DNA from: Candidatus Latescibacterota bacterium
Lineage (GTDB): Bacteria; Latescibacterota; UBA2968; SICM01
DNA length: 64,000 nt
Direction: 5' to 3'
NCBI GenBank assembly: GCA_965217865.1
Contig: CBDCJO010000002.1
Location: forward strand, 1,568,001-1,632,000
Positions 30,709-39,915 of this stretch are shown here, in pieces; the first letter of the stretch is position 1; every line of letters begins with the position of its first letter. Below the pieces are notes generated by a model. The model was not told the origin of the DNA. It ran no database searches and was given only the letters and a program-made list of their open reading frames with translations. A program made the position numbers and the translations under genes.

Positions 30709-32097
30709 TTATTGGAATCGAATCGAATAGAGGTCGGCGTCCTTGAGCAGGAAACGGAGCCGGACCGGATTGCCCGCAAGCGAACCCATATCGGATCCTT
30801 CGGTCCAGGTCACGACCTGTTCGATTTCATCCCCGTAATTCTCCCGGCAGTTGTCGACCTCGAACCCGGGTACGGGGGTGCCCTCCTGATCCGCTAGCTC
30901 AACGCGAACGCTTCCTGCGGCCGATGTGGCGTAGTTGATCACAAGCTCCTTTCCCTCGAAAACCAGCGGTTTTGTGACGAGCTCTCCTCCGGCGTATGTC
31001 CCGTTGACGGAAACGAAGCCGTCAGTTCGCAACGTGAATCGTTGGATGTGCACGGTCGGCTCACCCCAACGACGCGCGAGGTACAGCGAAAGCTCGTCAC
31101 GGGAAAGCTGGAGCAAACCCGGGACGACCGTATTGCATCGGGTCAGCCAGCTCAGGGGGTCCAATCCGGGGCGGATGAACGACTCCATGAAGCGGCGGTC
31201 GAAGTGCAGCCCGTCCCGGCTCGAGATGAAGACCGTATCTGAGATCCCGTCGTGTTCGAGTTCAGGCCGCTTCGTGCGTGTGGGCAGGAACCGCCTTGGG
31301 AAACCGAGCAGGATGTGGGGCGCCCTGAAGTAGGGGCCGATAGCATTGGTGTAAAGGTGCTCGGGTGGCGTGTCGCCGAAGTCCAATCGATGCAACGGCG
31401 TCCAGTGGATGAAATCGGCCGACGTGCGGATCGCCACACTCCGGACTTTGGGCTTCACGGGGCGATACCATATGCGATGGTACACGACATACTTCCCGCT
31501 GACCGGGTCCCATCGGGCGCAGAATTGGCTGTCGTACGCCGCGTCCACGCCGTCGTATTCGTCAATGACAGGAGCCTCCTGCATCAGGTGCCAGCGGATG
31601 GCGTCCGGGGAGGCGAACGCGTACACGGGCTCCTGGTAGCCGTCGCTCGATAGGGCCTTGTAGCGCTCTTCCGGCCGACAATCCGGGTTGGTATCCTTGA
31701 ACACGCCGAGGCAGTGAGGGCTGGCCACACCTTCCCACACGATGTTGTTCTTCTTCGAACCCATAAACTCGAAAAGCCCCAGCTCAGGTTTCTCCCAGTT
31801 TACCCCGTCAGTGCTCTGCGCATAACAGACGAATTCCGGCTCGCCGTACTGTGCAAGCCCGGCACGGTAGTATAGCCTGTAAAGGTCGCCGTCCTGGAAG
31901 ACAGTACCGTAACCCGAGGCCGACCATCGTGTTTCCCACGGCCGGTCGAATCGGAGCACCACCTCTTCAGATCGCGGTGTCTGCAGTTCCAGGCTCACCC
32001 CCCCGGTCATTTTGTCAATCAGATAGTCGTCCACGAACAGCTCGAGGCGGGAGCCGATGGAGAGTGGTTTGTCCTTTTCGGTTTTTCGAGAGTCCAT
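30709..32097 (-). CDS. Five-bladed beta-propeller glycoside-hydrolase-like protein
   Basis: ELFVDDYLI, STDGVNWEKPELG, SRDGLHF, LRTDGFVS and DADLYS motifs. Confidence 0.8.
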   Translation of the reverse strand: MDSRKTEKDKPLSIGSRLELFVDDYLIDKMTGGVSLELQTPRSEEVVLRFDRPWETRWSASGYGTVFQDGDLYRLYYRAGLAQYGEPEFVCYAQSTDGVNWEKPELGLFEFMGSKKNNIVWEGVASPHCLGVFKDTNPDCRPEERYKALSSDGYQEPVYAFASPDAIRWHLMQEAPVIDEYDGVDAAYDSQFCARWDPVSGKYVVYHRIWYRPVKPKVRSVAIRTSADFIHWTPLHRLDFGDTPPEHLYTNAIGPYFRAPHILLGFPRRFLPTRTKRPELEHDGISDTVFISSRDGLHFDRRFMESFIRPGLDPLSWLTRCNTVVPGLLQLSRDELSLYLARRWGEPTVHIQRFTLRTDGFVSVNGTYAGGELVTKPLVFEGKELVINYATSAAGSVRVELADQEGTPVPGFEVDNCRENYGDEIEQVVTWTEGSDMGSLAGNPVRLRFLLKDADLYSIRFQ

Positions 32098-32339
32098 TAC
32101 TGTTCTCCTTCAAGACTTGAGACTTGAGACGTGAAGGGGACGATGACATTCATTTTCTATATATTAAGAATCTCGCCATTTTCCTTCATTAAAACAATTA
32201 GATCATTTTCGAACCTCCCCTCTCCCGGCACCCGGGAGAGGGGTGCCGCGCTTGCGAGGCGGGGTGAGGGATCATTTCGTGATTCGTCGTTCGTGATTCG
32301 AGCATGCTCGTTATCTCTTATCTTTTTCGGTATTCTAGT

Positions 32340-34173
32340 CCTAAAATAAGCGAATAGGCTTGTTGAGCGGTGTGTTATACAAGATTTCGGAGCATTTCAG
32401 ACTTGTGACTTGGTGGAGATGATGTCTGGGCTGTTTTTGTGATTGTTTCGGCATGCGATTGTCTAATTAACTGAGTTTGCGGACGTGTTTTAGCCGGGGT
32501 GGACGGACTTGTCCCTGTGATGTTACGACGACAGGTGCTGACATGGCAGTCAGGCCGGTTTGAGCCATCTGATTCTGTTCCAGGCCGGGAAGAAGTCAGT
32601 CATCCACCGGTTGTAGCCCAAGACACGATAGATGATCTGTCTTCCCCGGGTCACGATCTGGCAAGGGATCCAGATCAGATTCTGGAGGAAGGCGCGAAAC
32701 TTCATTCTCAGAAGTTGATCGCGACGCTCACGCTTTCGGATCATCAACGCGAACCAGGCTTTGAGGTTCCACGCCAGGGCGGTCATGACCATGTAAGCCC
32801 AGTTGCTCATCAGGTTGTCGACGGGCATCCGCATGGCGTTGACCCCGTTCTTGAGTTGTTCAATCACGTTTTCCTGATCGCACCGTCCATTGGCCAGCCT
32901 CACGATTTCCGCGGCCGTAAGATCTTTTCGGGTGGTAATGTAGAAGAAATAGCGCTTGTCATCGAACAGGGCGTTTTCGCCGCGTTCGACGCTCAGGTTT
33001 TTTTCGAGGATCACGAGTCGACAGGTCTTCTTGCATCGAGCAGGACGATACGAAACCCCGGCAACACGTTCACTGGCAAGTCGGATGTTTTTGAAGCCGC
33101 GCTCCCGGATGATCCGGGCTTTCACGTTCTCGCGTTTCTGTCTCTGGGAGGTCTTGACCTGGTATTTGGGTTGTCGTTCAAAGGGCTCCCAATCGCTCTG
33201 TGACAGGGATTTGGCGATCTTGACCAATCCCCGGTAAGCATCCATGCCGAAGACGAAGTCGACCTTTTCCGACCAACGATCGAAGTGCCGGGTGAGTGAG
33301 AAGCCGGTGTCTCCGCGCAGGCAGATGCGTTTGGCGAAAGGGGCGACCAGCGCGATGGCGCGATCGATCCACTTTACGGCACCGTCGTGGCTGGGCACAT
33401 GGCCGGGTCGATTCACAAGAAACAACACCTCCCTGGTGTTCGCCAGAGAGACCACGAGAGGATGGTATCCCCAGATACCGTTGTATGACAGGGCCATGCC
33501 CTGCTTGCGTTCTCCGAGGGTGGTGGCCAGGGTGCCGTCGATGTCGATGAGGGCTTCTTTGAGTTCGCCCCTGGCGCGCTTTTTCCAGATCCGGGTGCGC
33601 ACCCGGTTGATGCAATCCATCAACGTCTCGATATCCGATGGCCGGAAACGACGTGTAAAGTCGCCTGCTGTGGCCGGATCCGGGAGACGCTGAGCGCCCA
33701 AAGCGTTCAGGAACGTGGCATCCTGCCGGCGCAGCTCAATGTCTTCAAGGCGTTGACCACCAACCAGCGCATTGTAGGCGATGTTCAGAACGTGGTCTGA
33801 TTCGTGACAGGGCAAATGCACTTTCAAAAGATGAAGATGACGGTCAATCTCTTTCACCAGCCCAACCCTGCGGACCATGTGGTGAAACGCGCCGATCCCC
33901 CCACACGTGATCGCCTCGGCCTTCCCACTCATCTCGTAGTGGATGTTTCCCCCAGACATCATAGGCTTGACCTGACTGCACCACTGCTTCCGACGCAAAC
34001 GACGGACAATTCGTGCTTCCCTGTTCCGAAGAATCTTCCTATATTCTCTCATCTGAAATGCCCCTTTTTGATGGCCTCTTTTTGTCTTTCACACTACAAC
34101 TATAGGCCTGAAAACTGGGGCATTTTCAACTTTTTTCTACTAAAACCAAGAAAAATTCACGCTTGTATAGGGC
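32340..34173 (-). mobile_element. IS1380-family insertion sequence
   Basis: Imperfect IRs CCTAAAATAAGCG / CCTATACAAGCG enclosing the transposase. Confidence 0.85.
32550..34052 (-). CDS. IS1380-family transposase
   Basis: IDIDGT, GYHPL, LRGDTGF and RCDQENVIEQLK motifs. Confidence 0.93.
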   Translation of the reverse strand: MREYRKILRNREARIVRRLRRKQWCSQVKPMMSGGNIHYEMSGKAEAITCGGIGAFHHMVRRVGLVKEIDRHLHLLKVHLPCHESDHVLNIAYNALVGGQRLEDIELRRQDATFLNALGAQRLPDPATAGDFTRRFRPSDIETLMDCINRVRTRIWKKRARGELKEALIDIDGTLATTLGERKQGMALSYNGIWGYHPLVVSLANTREVLFLVNRPGHVPSHDGAVKWIDRAIALVAPFAKRICLRGDTGFSLTRHFDRWSEKVDFVFGMDAYRGLVKIAKSLSQSDWEPFERQPKYQVKTSQRQKRENVKARIIRERGFKNIRLASERVAGVSYRPARCKKTCRLVILEKNLSVERGENALFDDKRYFFYITTRKDLTAAEIVRLANGRCDQENVIEQLKNGVNAMRMPVDNLMSNWAYMVMTALAWNLKAWFALMIRKRERRDQLLRMKFRAFLQNLIWIPCQIVTRGRQIIYRVLGYNRWMTDFFPAWNRIRWLKPA

Positions 34174-35262
34174 CCAGTGTCGTGTCCCGCCAATAAGTTC
34201 AAATAGTCGCTTAATCTTTTCGAGGATGGATTCTGCGGTGGCAGTCCACACAAAGGGTTTTGAATTTGAGTTGTAGTGATCGGCGAATTTCTTGATGTTA
34301 TTGACCAGATCTTTCACGCTACGAAAGGAACCCCGGCGGATTGCCTTTTGTGTAATGATGTTGAACCAGATCTCGACTTGGTTTAGCCAGGACGCGTAAG
34401 TGGGTGTATAGTGGACCTGATATCTTGGCCGGGCTGCAAGCCATTGTTTGGTTTTAGGGTGCTTGTGCGTGCCATAGTTGTCCAAGACCAGGTGAATATC
34501 GAGATCCTCCGGGACGTTTGCCTCGATGTGCTTTAGGAATTGAAGGAATTCCTGATGACGGTGTCTCGGTTTACATTGTGTTAACACTTTTCCCGAGGCG
34601 ATCTCTAGAGCAGCAAACAGCGTCGTTGTCCCGTGTCTGATGTAGTTGTGAGTTACGCCTTCGACGTAACCCAAACCCAGTGGCAGAATCGGTTGCGTTC
34701 GATCTAATGCTTGGACCTGGCTTTTCTCGTCCACACAGAGCACCATAGCATTGTCTGGCGGGTTGAGGTAGAGCCCGACAACGTCCCTGACCTTCTCTAC
34801 AAAGAAGGGATCGTTTGAGAGTCTGAAGTGTTTCTGTCGATGAGGTTGAAGTCCGAAGGCTTTCCAGACTCGCTGAACGGTGGACTTGGAGAGCCCAGTC
34901 TCAGCTCCGATGGACCGACAGGTCCAGTGAGTTGCATGCCTTGGCTTTGTCTTCAAGGTTTTGCCAATGAGCCTGGCAATCTTCTGGTCGGAGATTGAAC
35001 GTGGACCTCCAGGACGCATCTCGTCGTAAAGCCCCATCAGCCCTTGAGCACAATAACGATTACGCCATTTCCCAATCGTGGCATAGGACAGTCCCAGCTT
35101 CTGGCCTATCTGTAGATTCGTGAGTCCGATATCACTCATCAGTATGATCTTCGCACGGCGCACCAAAGAATGCGGTAAGATCCGCGAACCAGATATCGCC
35201 TTCAATTCACTTCGGACTTCATCACTAAGGTTCAATGGCTGCAATGGACGTCCCATTTTCAT
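34126..35262 (-). CDS. IS630-family transposase with read-through C-terminal extension
   Basis: Same protein as copy 1 except one A/T substitution; stop TAG replaced by TGG. Confidence 0.9.
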   Translation of the reverse strand: MKMGRPLQPLNLSDEVRSELKAISGSRILPHSLVRRAKIILMSDIGLTNLQIGQKLGLSYATIGKWRNRYCAQGLMGLYDEMRPGGPRSISDQKIARLIGKTLKTKPRHATHWTCRSIGAETGLSKSTVQRVWKAFGLQPHRQKHFRLSNDPFFVEKVRDVVGLYLNPPDNAMVLCVDEKSQVQALDRTQPILPLGLGYVEGVTHNYIRHGTTTLFAALEIASGKVLTQCKPRHRHQEFLQFLKHIEANVPEDLDIHLVLDNYGTHKHPKTKQWLAARPRYQVHYTPTYASWLNQVEIWFNIITQKAIRRGSFRSVKDLVNNIKKFADHYNSNSKPFVWTATAESILEKIKRLFELIGGTRHWALYKREFFLVLVEKS

Positions 35263-35344
35263 CGGTTCCTCCTTGGATAAGGGCATAAGGAACCATAAGA
35301 CGAATCCATTACTTTGTCAAGTTATTCCTGGGTTATAACACTAG
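34174..35344 (-). mobile_element. IS630-family insertion sequence, copy 2 (right end altered)
   Basis: Near-identical to 6012-7182; CTAG at 35341-44; right end reads CCAGT instead of CTAGT. Confidence 0.95.
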
Positions 35345-35936
35345 AGGAGAACGTCTATTCTGTGGAAATGTACTTCCAGAAGGTATGCAAAAGAATCAAA
35401 AGTTTCCTGAACCAATAATAACGCCGACTACTAAGGATGAAGTACATGATGAAAAAATAAGTGCAGAAGAAATCATGGAACAAGGATTAATGACTCAGGA
35501 ACAATGGGAATATGTCGCAGATAAAACGAGACAAATATTCCAAAGAGGACAGGAGATTGCCGCAAGAAACGGCTTAATATTGGTCGACACTAAATATGAG
35601 TTTGGCTATGATGAAGAAGGTAACATCTTTCTAATTGACGAAATACACACACCTGACTCGTCCAGGTTCTGGTTGAAAGAGAGTTATGTACAAAGGTTCA
35701 GTGAGGGGAAAGAACCAGAAAATATTGACAAAGAATTCTTAAGATTGTGGTTTAAGGAAAATAGCGATCCATATAACGATGATGTACTTCCTGATGCGCC
35801 CGAAGAACTTGTTGTAGAATTGTCAAAGCGATATATCCAGTTGTTTGAGATGATAACCGGTCAAGAGTTTAAGGCAGAGCCGGGAGATGTAAAGCAAAGA
35901 ATAGAACATAATCTTAAAGAAAAAGGATATATGTAA
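35345..35936 (+). pseudogene. purC: SAICAR synthetase, C-terminal half (5' end lost at the IS630)
   Basis: GERLFCGNVLPEGMQKNQKF, ITPTTK, LVDTKYEFG, DEIHTPDSSRFW and DKEFLR; low GC. Confidence 0.9.
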
Positions 35937-35950
35937 GTGAAGATCGGGAA

Positions 35951-36058
35951 ATGAAATTTAAAGGCTCAATTAACATTGACAAGTCGCGCGATAAAGTTGC
36001 TGAATTTGCAGAGAATAATAGACTTAAATATCAAGTGGCGAATGAGCGAATGGTCTAA
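35951..36058 (+). pseudogene. 35-aa remnant ORF ending in attC (SRPBCC-like N-terminus)
   Basis: MKFKGSINIDKSRDKVAEFAENNRLKYQVANERMV*; stop codon lies within the R'' box. Confidence 0.4.
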
Positions 36059-36177
36059 CACACGCTGCACCCGACCTGGCTATCGGCGCTTTTTTCGACC
36101 GCTCTGAGCCTGAGAAAGTGATGATCGGCGACGGTCACACGCCAGACCCGCCAGGCGGGTGAGCTTCGTCGTTAGTA
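36053..36177 (+). other. Integron attC site 1
   Basis: GTCTAAC...GCTGCACCCGACCTGGC // GCCAGGCGGGTGAGC...GTTAGTA, with extrahelical bases. Confidence 0.85.
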
Positions 36178-36227
36178 TGAATGTTGAGCAATGTATATAA
36201 CCTGAAGTAGCGATAAAATTCCACGTC

Positions 36228-36795
36228 GCCTAACACATATTAAAGGCCCCTGGGTTGCCCGCATCTCTTGCGGATAGGCCATCGGGAACAGGTTGCAGCG
36301 CATCAGCTCTGCCAGCATTCTGGAATCGAGACGGTCGTTCTTCTTTTTGCCCCCGTGGATCGCCTTCATATACAGGGCGTGTCCCAGGTAGAATGGAATT
36401 CCGGCCTTGTGACATCCGTCAGCCAGCCAGTACCAGTTGAAGGTTGACTCCACCCCGACGGCGATGCTACCGAGGTGAGCTTCCAGCACCTGCAGTAAGA
36501 GTTTGAAGTCGTTTTTCAGATTGCGCTGGAACACAATCTCCCCCATCTTACTCATTACACAAACATACATGGTTCTGGCGTGGAGATCGATGCCACAGAA
36601 ATAGTCGGAGTCGATCTTCGCGTATCGCATAAGGCCCTCCTGTGGTGGAAAGGTTATTGAGATATCCGGACCTCAAATAATAACTTTTCCTGACAACGAG
36701 GGCCTTTAGATTAATATCACATGGGTCACGGCTTCGGGCCATACGGCCCTTCGCCCAACTCACTTCGTGAGTTCGTGACCCATCAAACGTTACAC
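36228..36795 (+). other. Integron attC site 2, split by an IS110/IS1111 remnant
   Basis: Removing 36239-36722 restores GCCTAACACATGGGTCACG...CGTGACCCATCAAACGTTACAC. Confidence 0.75.
36239..36722 (-). mobile_element. Internally deleted IS110-family (IS1111-like) element
   Basis: RuvC-like N-terminus GIDLH..VGVEST..KKKNDRLDS from ATG 36630; sub-terminal IRs TAAAGGCCC (36241-49) / GGGCCTTTA (36700-08); flanking CACAT repeat. Confidence 0.85.
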
Positions 36796-36859
36796 GCAGT
36801 GTCGCTTCTCGGTGATGAGTACAGCGTAGGAAGAGAACGATCAGCCTACAGGGAGGATT

Positions 36860-37228
36860 TTGCCAGTGGCTCGGCGTGATTGGTACTGCGAAGATGTTCT
36901 TTCTAGTAAGCTCGATGTGGAGCGCGTGTACGAGGATGATCTGGTCCTGGCATTCCATCATCCAAGACCCTTGGCCCAAGTCCACGTGGTTGTGGTGCCG
37001 AAGGCTCACGTAGCGGGAGTGATGGACGAGGCCGCCTTGGATGGGGACCTTCTCTCGTCGATGATGCTGGCAATTCAGAGGACTGCAACTTCCCTTGGCC
37101 TTCTGGATGGCATGGGTTTCTACGTAAGGGCCAACGCAGCGGCTCCCGGTGTAACTCCCCACATGCATTGGCATGTTATAGGTCCCGGGGCTGGTGCCGA
37201 TTGGCCAGATTCTGGATCGCGCGCCTGA
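36860..37228 (+). CDS. HIT-family protein (gene cassette)
   Basis: AFHHPRP, HVVVVPKAH and the HMHWH triad. Confidence 0.9.
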   Translation: MPVARRDWYCEDVLSSKLDVERVYEDDLVLAFHHPRPLAQVHVVVVPKAHVAGVMDEAALDGDLLSSMMLAIQRTATSLGLLDGMGFYVRANAAAPGVTPHMHWHVIGPGAGADWPDSGSRA

Positions 37229-37291
37229 GACAAGAAAGAATAGAGGGCTTTGGCAAGGCTGCCTTCCTCAAGGACAACAAGAAGCAACACA

Positions 37292-37413
37292 GCGTGTAAC
37301 ACGACCGTGCGCGGCTCGGTGCATCCGTACCTTCGCCCAACTGCCTCCCTCCTTCGCTGCTACTCAGCTCCGGAGGACAGGCCGGCAGGTTCGTGTGTGC
37401 CGGGACGTTAGGC
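37292..37413 (+). other. Integron attC site 3
   Basis: R'' GCGTGTAAC is the exact complement of the cassette start GTTACACGC (36789); R' GTTAGGC. Confidence 0.85.
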
Positions 37414-37435
37414 GTCATTATCGAACAGGAATAAC

Positions 37436-38020
37436 GTGTATACTCAGGCTGCAAGAAATAGACTCCGACTACCTAAACCCTTGATTGATATATCACCCCA
37501 AAAGCTGGCGAAGGCGACTGAAGTGAACTGTGAACAATTCGCCATTCATACAGCTCGATCTGTAGGTGGGCAAGTTCACAAAGAATCTGATGCTACATGG
37601 GTACTATCGACACAACCAGGAGGGGCCAATCAGATTGTGTCGCCTCGATTCAAAGGTGGGACCACCAAACTGCGCCTCGATGAAATACTCACATGCTATG
37701 CTGAGGCGGAACAGTTCCTCTCATTGAACGGCGAACCTTTGGGCGCAGCTACGCTATGTATTGGTGGAGGTGTAGCAGGTTTGTATGACGTGGGAGTGGT
37801 GAAGAAGGCGCGACGACAAGGTATTGGAACTGCCGTGACAGGTGGCGCGTGTTTATTCGCCCATCAATTGGGATACCGCGTGGCGACATTATTTGCTTCG
37901 GGTCAAGGGAAGTATTTGTATCCTCATCTTGGCTTTGAGTTTATAGGCACATTCAGCCACTGGTCATATTCGAAGACACAACAACGAAAGCACAAAAGCC
38001 GTAGTGATAACGACGCCTAA
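37436..38020 (+). CDS. GNAT acetyltransferase (gene cassette, possibly internally deleted)
   Basis: GLYDVGVVKKARRQGIG and LYPHLGF; stop codon lies in the attC R'' box. Confidence 0.8.
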   Translation: MYTQAARNRLRLPKPLIDISPQKLAKATEVNCEQFAIHTARSVGGQVHKESDATWVLSTQPGGANQIVSPRFKGGTTKLRLDEILTCYAEAEQFLSLNGEPLGAATLCIGGGVAGLYDVGVVKKARRQGIGTAVTGGACLFAHQLGYRVATLFASGQGKYLYPHLGFEFIGTFSHWSYSKTQQRKHKSRSDNDA

Positions 38021-38097
38021 CAACCAATTCCCACTGCGCGCCATTCGGCGCTTGGCCTTCGGACCAGCCCTTCGGGCTGTCGGGTGAACCGTTAGCT
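38012..38097 (+). other. Integron attC site 4
   Basis: R'' GACGCCTAAC is complementary to the cassette start GTTAGGCGTC (37407); R' GTTAGCT. Confidence 0.8.
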
Positions 38098-38177
38098 ACA
38101 ATTGCGACCCTCCCATCCCAAAAGACAGGCGGCCCCTTTCTGGAGCCGCAGAATAACCGAACCAACTTGTTGAACAG

Positions 38178-38347
38178 TCAGGCCACTGGTACAAGATCTT
38201 TGCTTGTTCTTCCCCCTTGCGCTTGAAGAACCGCTATGATCTTGTCATATGCCTTTTGCTCGTTCGACGTTTCGTGCGGATTTACGGTATACGGTCCACT
38301 ACTCCCCTTCTCCAATGCCCGGTCCAGCGACGTTTTGCCTTCGTTAT
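38178..38347 (-). pseudogene. Ankyrin-repeat protein C-terminal fragment truncated by IS3
   Basis: NEGKTSLDRALEKG...IIAVLQAQGG. Confidence 0.55.
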
Positions 38348-38399
38348 TGTATCTATTCTGAGATAACAAGAGAAAAGTAGATAAAGGTCCAAGCAAGAT

Positions 38400-39431
38400 T
38401 CAGGCAGCCTTGTGGATGGTCTGGGATGTTCTTTGCCGATTGATTTCTATGCGGCGCTGCCGAGCCTCCTCCTTTCGACCTTGTCGGTGGTGAAGAATCT
38501 TTTGATGCTGGCCTTTATGCCTCTGAAGAGGCGTGACATACTGTATTGCCCCGTGATAGCGTTCGGCGTTGTAGCTGTGAATGAAGGAATCAATCAGGCC
38601 TTCCAGTTGATGGAATGTGAAGATGTCCTGGAAGCGCAGCCAGTCGTATTTGAATGTCCGGAAAAAGGCTTCGATCCAGGCGTTGTCCGTGGGTGTTTGA
38701 TATCGGGCAAACAGCTGCGAGATGCCCAGGTCCTTGAAGAATTGGGCCATCGATTTGGCCTTCATCTGAGATCCGTGATCTGAGAGGGCTGTCAAGCTTA
38801 TGGGCCCAGTGTCCAGGTCCAGCAGTCCTTCGTTGGCAAGGGCTTGATCCCAGGCCTGTTTGACCTGCTCCACGGTCGCGTTGAAGGAGAGCTTCCATCC
38901 TACGATCTTCCTGGAATACACGTCGAGAATGGCGGTAAAATACAGGAACAAACCGAAAAATGGGATGTAGGTCAGGTCCCAGCTCCAGACCTGATTAGGA
39001 CCTTCAGGTTTGACCTGGGGCTTGCTCTGCTTGACCGGCGTCCTCACCTGTTTCCTGCGTGCCAGACGTTCTTTCCTGGCCTGTCGGTAGAAGCTGGAGG
39101 CCGAGGCCTGCACTACCCCCTTCTCTGAGGCTACCACCGCCAGCTGATGGGGAGGCAGATCGGCATAGGTCTCATCCCTTAAGAGGGCCGAGATTTGCTC
39201 TTTCTCCTCCCTCAGCAATCCGTGTGGGGCCTCATCAGGGGCGGGCCCGGGCTTCCCATCCAAAAGCGGGTCCGACACCCCATCCAGCTTCTCTTCTCGA
39301 TCTCGCCGGCTCCAGGCACAATACCGCTGGAGGGGAAGCTGTAGGATCTCGCAAGAACGGGTGAGTTTCACCCCTTTCTCCTTGGCCCGATGGACCATTA
39401 AGAGGATCTCGCGTTTGACCTCAGCTTGCAC
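38400..39431 (-). CDS. IS3-family transposase OrfB (rve integrase)
   Basis: WSWDLTYI, DVYSRKIVGW, SDHGSQM and DNAWIEAFF motifs. Confidence 0.92.
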   Translation of the reverse strand: MQAEVKREILLMVHRAKEKGVKLTRSCEILQLPLQRYCAWSRRDREEKLDGVSDPLLDGKPGPAPDEAPHGLLREEKEQISALLRDETYADLPPHQLAVVASEKGVVQASASSFYRQARKERLARRKQVRTPVKQSKPQVKPEGPNQVWSWDLTYIPFFGLFLYFTAILDVYSRKIVGWKLSFNATVEQVKQAWDQALANEGLLDLDTGPISLTALSDHGSQMKAKSMAQFFKDLGISQLFARYQTPTDNAWIEAFFRTFKYDWLRFQDIFTFHQLEGLIDSFIHSYNAERYHGAIQYVTPLQRHKGQHQKILHHRQGRKEEARQRRIEINRQRTSQTIHKAA

Positions 39432-39454
39432 CCGGTGGCCCTTGATCGGGCCTG

Positions 39455-39790
39455 TCAGATCCCATTCACACTTTTTTTTAGCAGGGAAAGTTCCACAGAT
39501 TGCTCAATGATCGTTTGCTCCAGGCGTGCCCGCTCTTTGCGCAGCTGCTCCACCTCCTCAGCCGATACCATCGGCTTGCGGCTCCGGCGACCCTTGAACT
39601 CCTTGAGGGCCCCGGACTTGACCGACTCACGAATACGCTTTAGATCCGAGGAATGAATGCCCCATTTCCGCAGCACCTGTGCAATGGGAACATCTCCCCG
39701 GCTGGCTTCAAGGAAAATCTCATACTTCTGTTCCGGGGACAAGCTCCTGCGCTTCTTGACCGGGTCACTGTTTGAGGACAGTTGCTCCAT
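39455..39790 (-). CDS. IS3-family transposase OrfA (HTH)
   Basis: RRSLSPEQKYEI, HTH and coiled-coil; AGGAGG RBS. Confidence 0.85.
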   Translation of the reverse strand: MEQLSSNSDPVKKRRSLSPEQKYEIFLEASRGDVPIAQVLRKWGIHSSDLKRIRESVKSGALKEFKGRRSRKPMVSAEEVEQLRKERARLEQTIIEQSVELSLLKKSVNGI

Positions 39791-39915
39791 CTTTACTCCT
39801 CCTGTGAGGTCAGGGATATCCCAAAATATGTATCCCTTCTCAACCCTACAGGCAACCAGGATCTTGCTTCGACCTTGCCCCCGTTTTTTCGGGCGATCTC
39901 AGACAAAAGATAGAT

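Larger units (their letters stand above)
38348..39914 (-). mobile_element. IS3-family insertion sequence
   Basis: orfA/orfB; imperfect IRs TGTATCTATTCTGAGAT / TCTATCTTTTGTCTGAGAT; flanks do not match. Confidence 0.8.

Noticed and set aside
32304-32338. Possible 5' half of purC on the far side of the IS630/IS1380 block
   Set aside because: In-frame translation (MLVISYLFRYS) does not resemble PurC, so the N-terminus is lost
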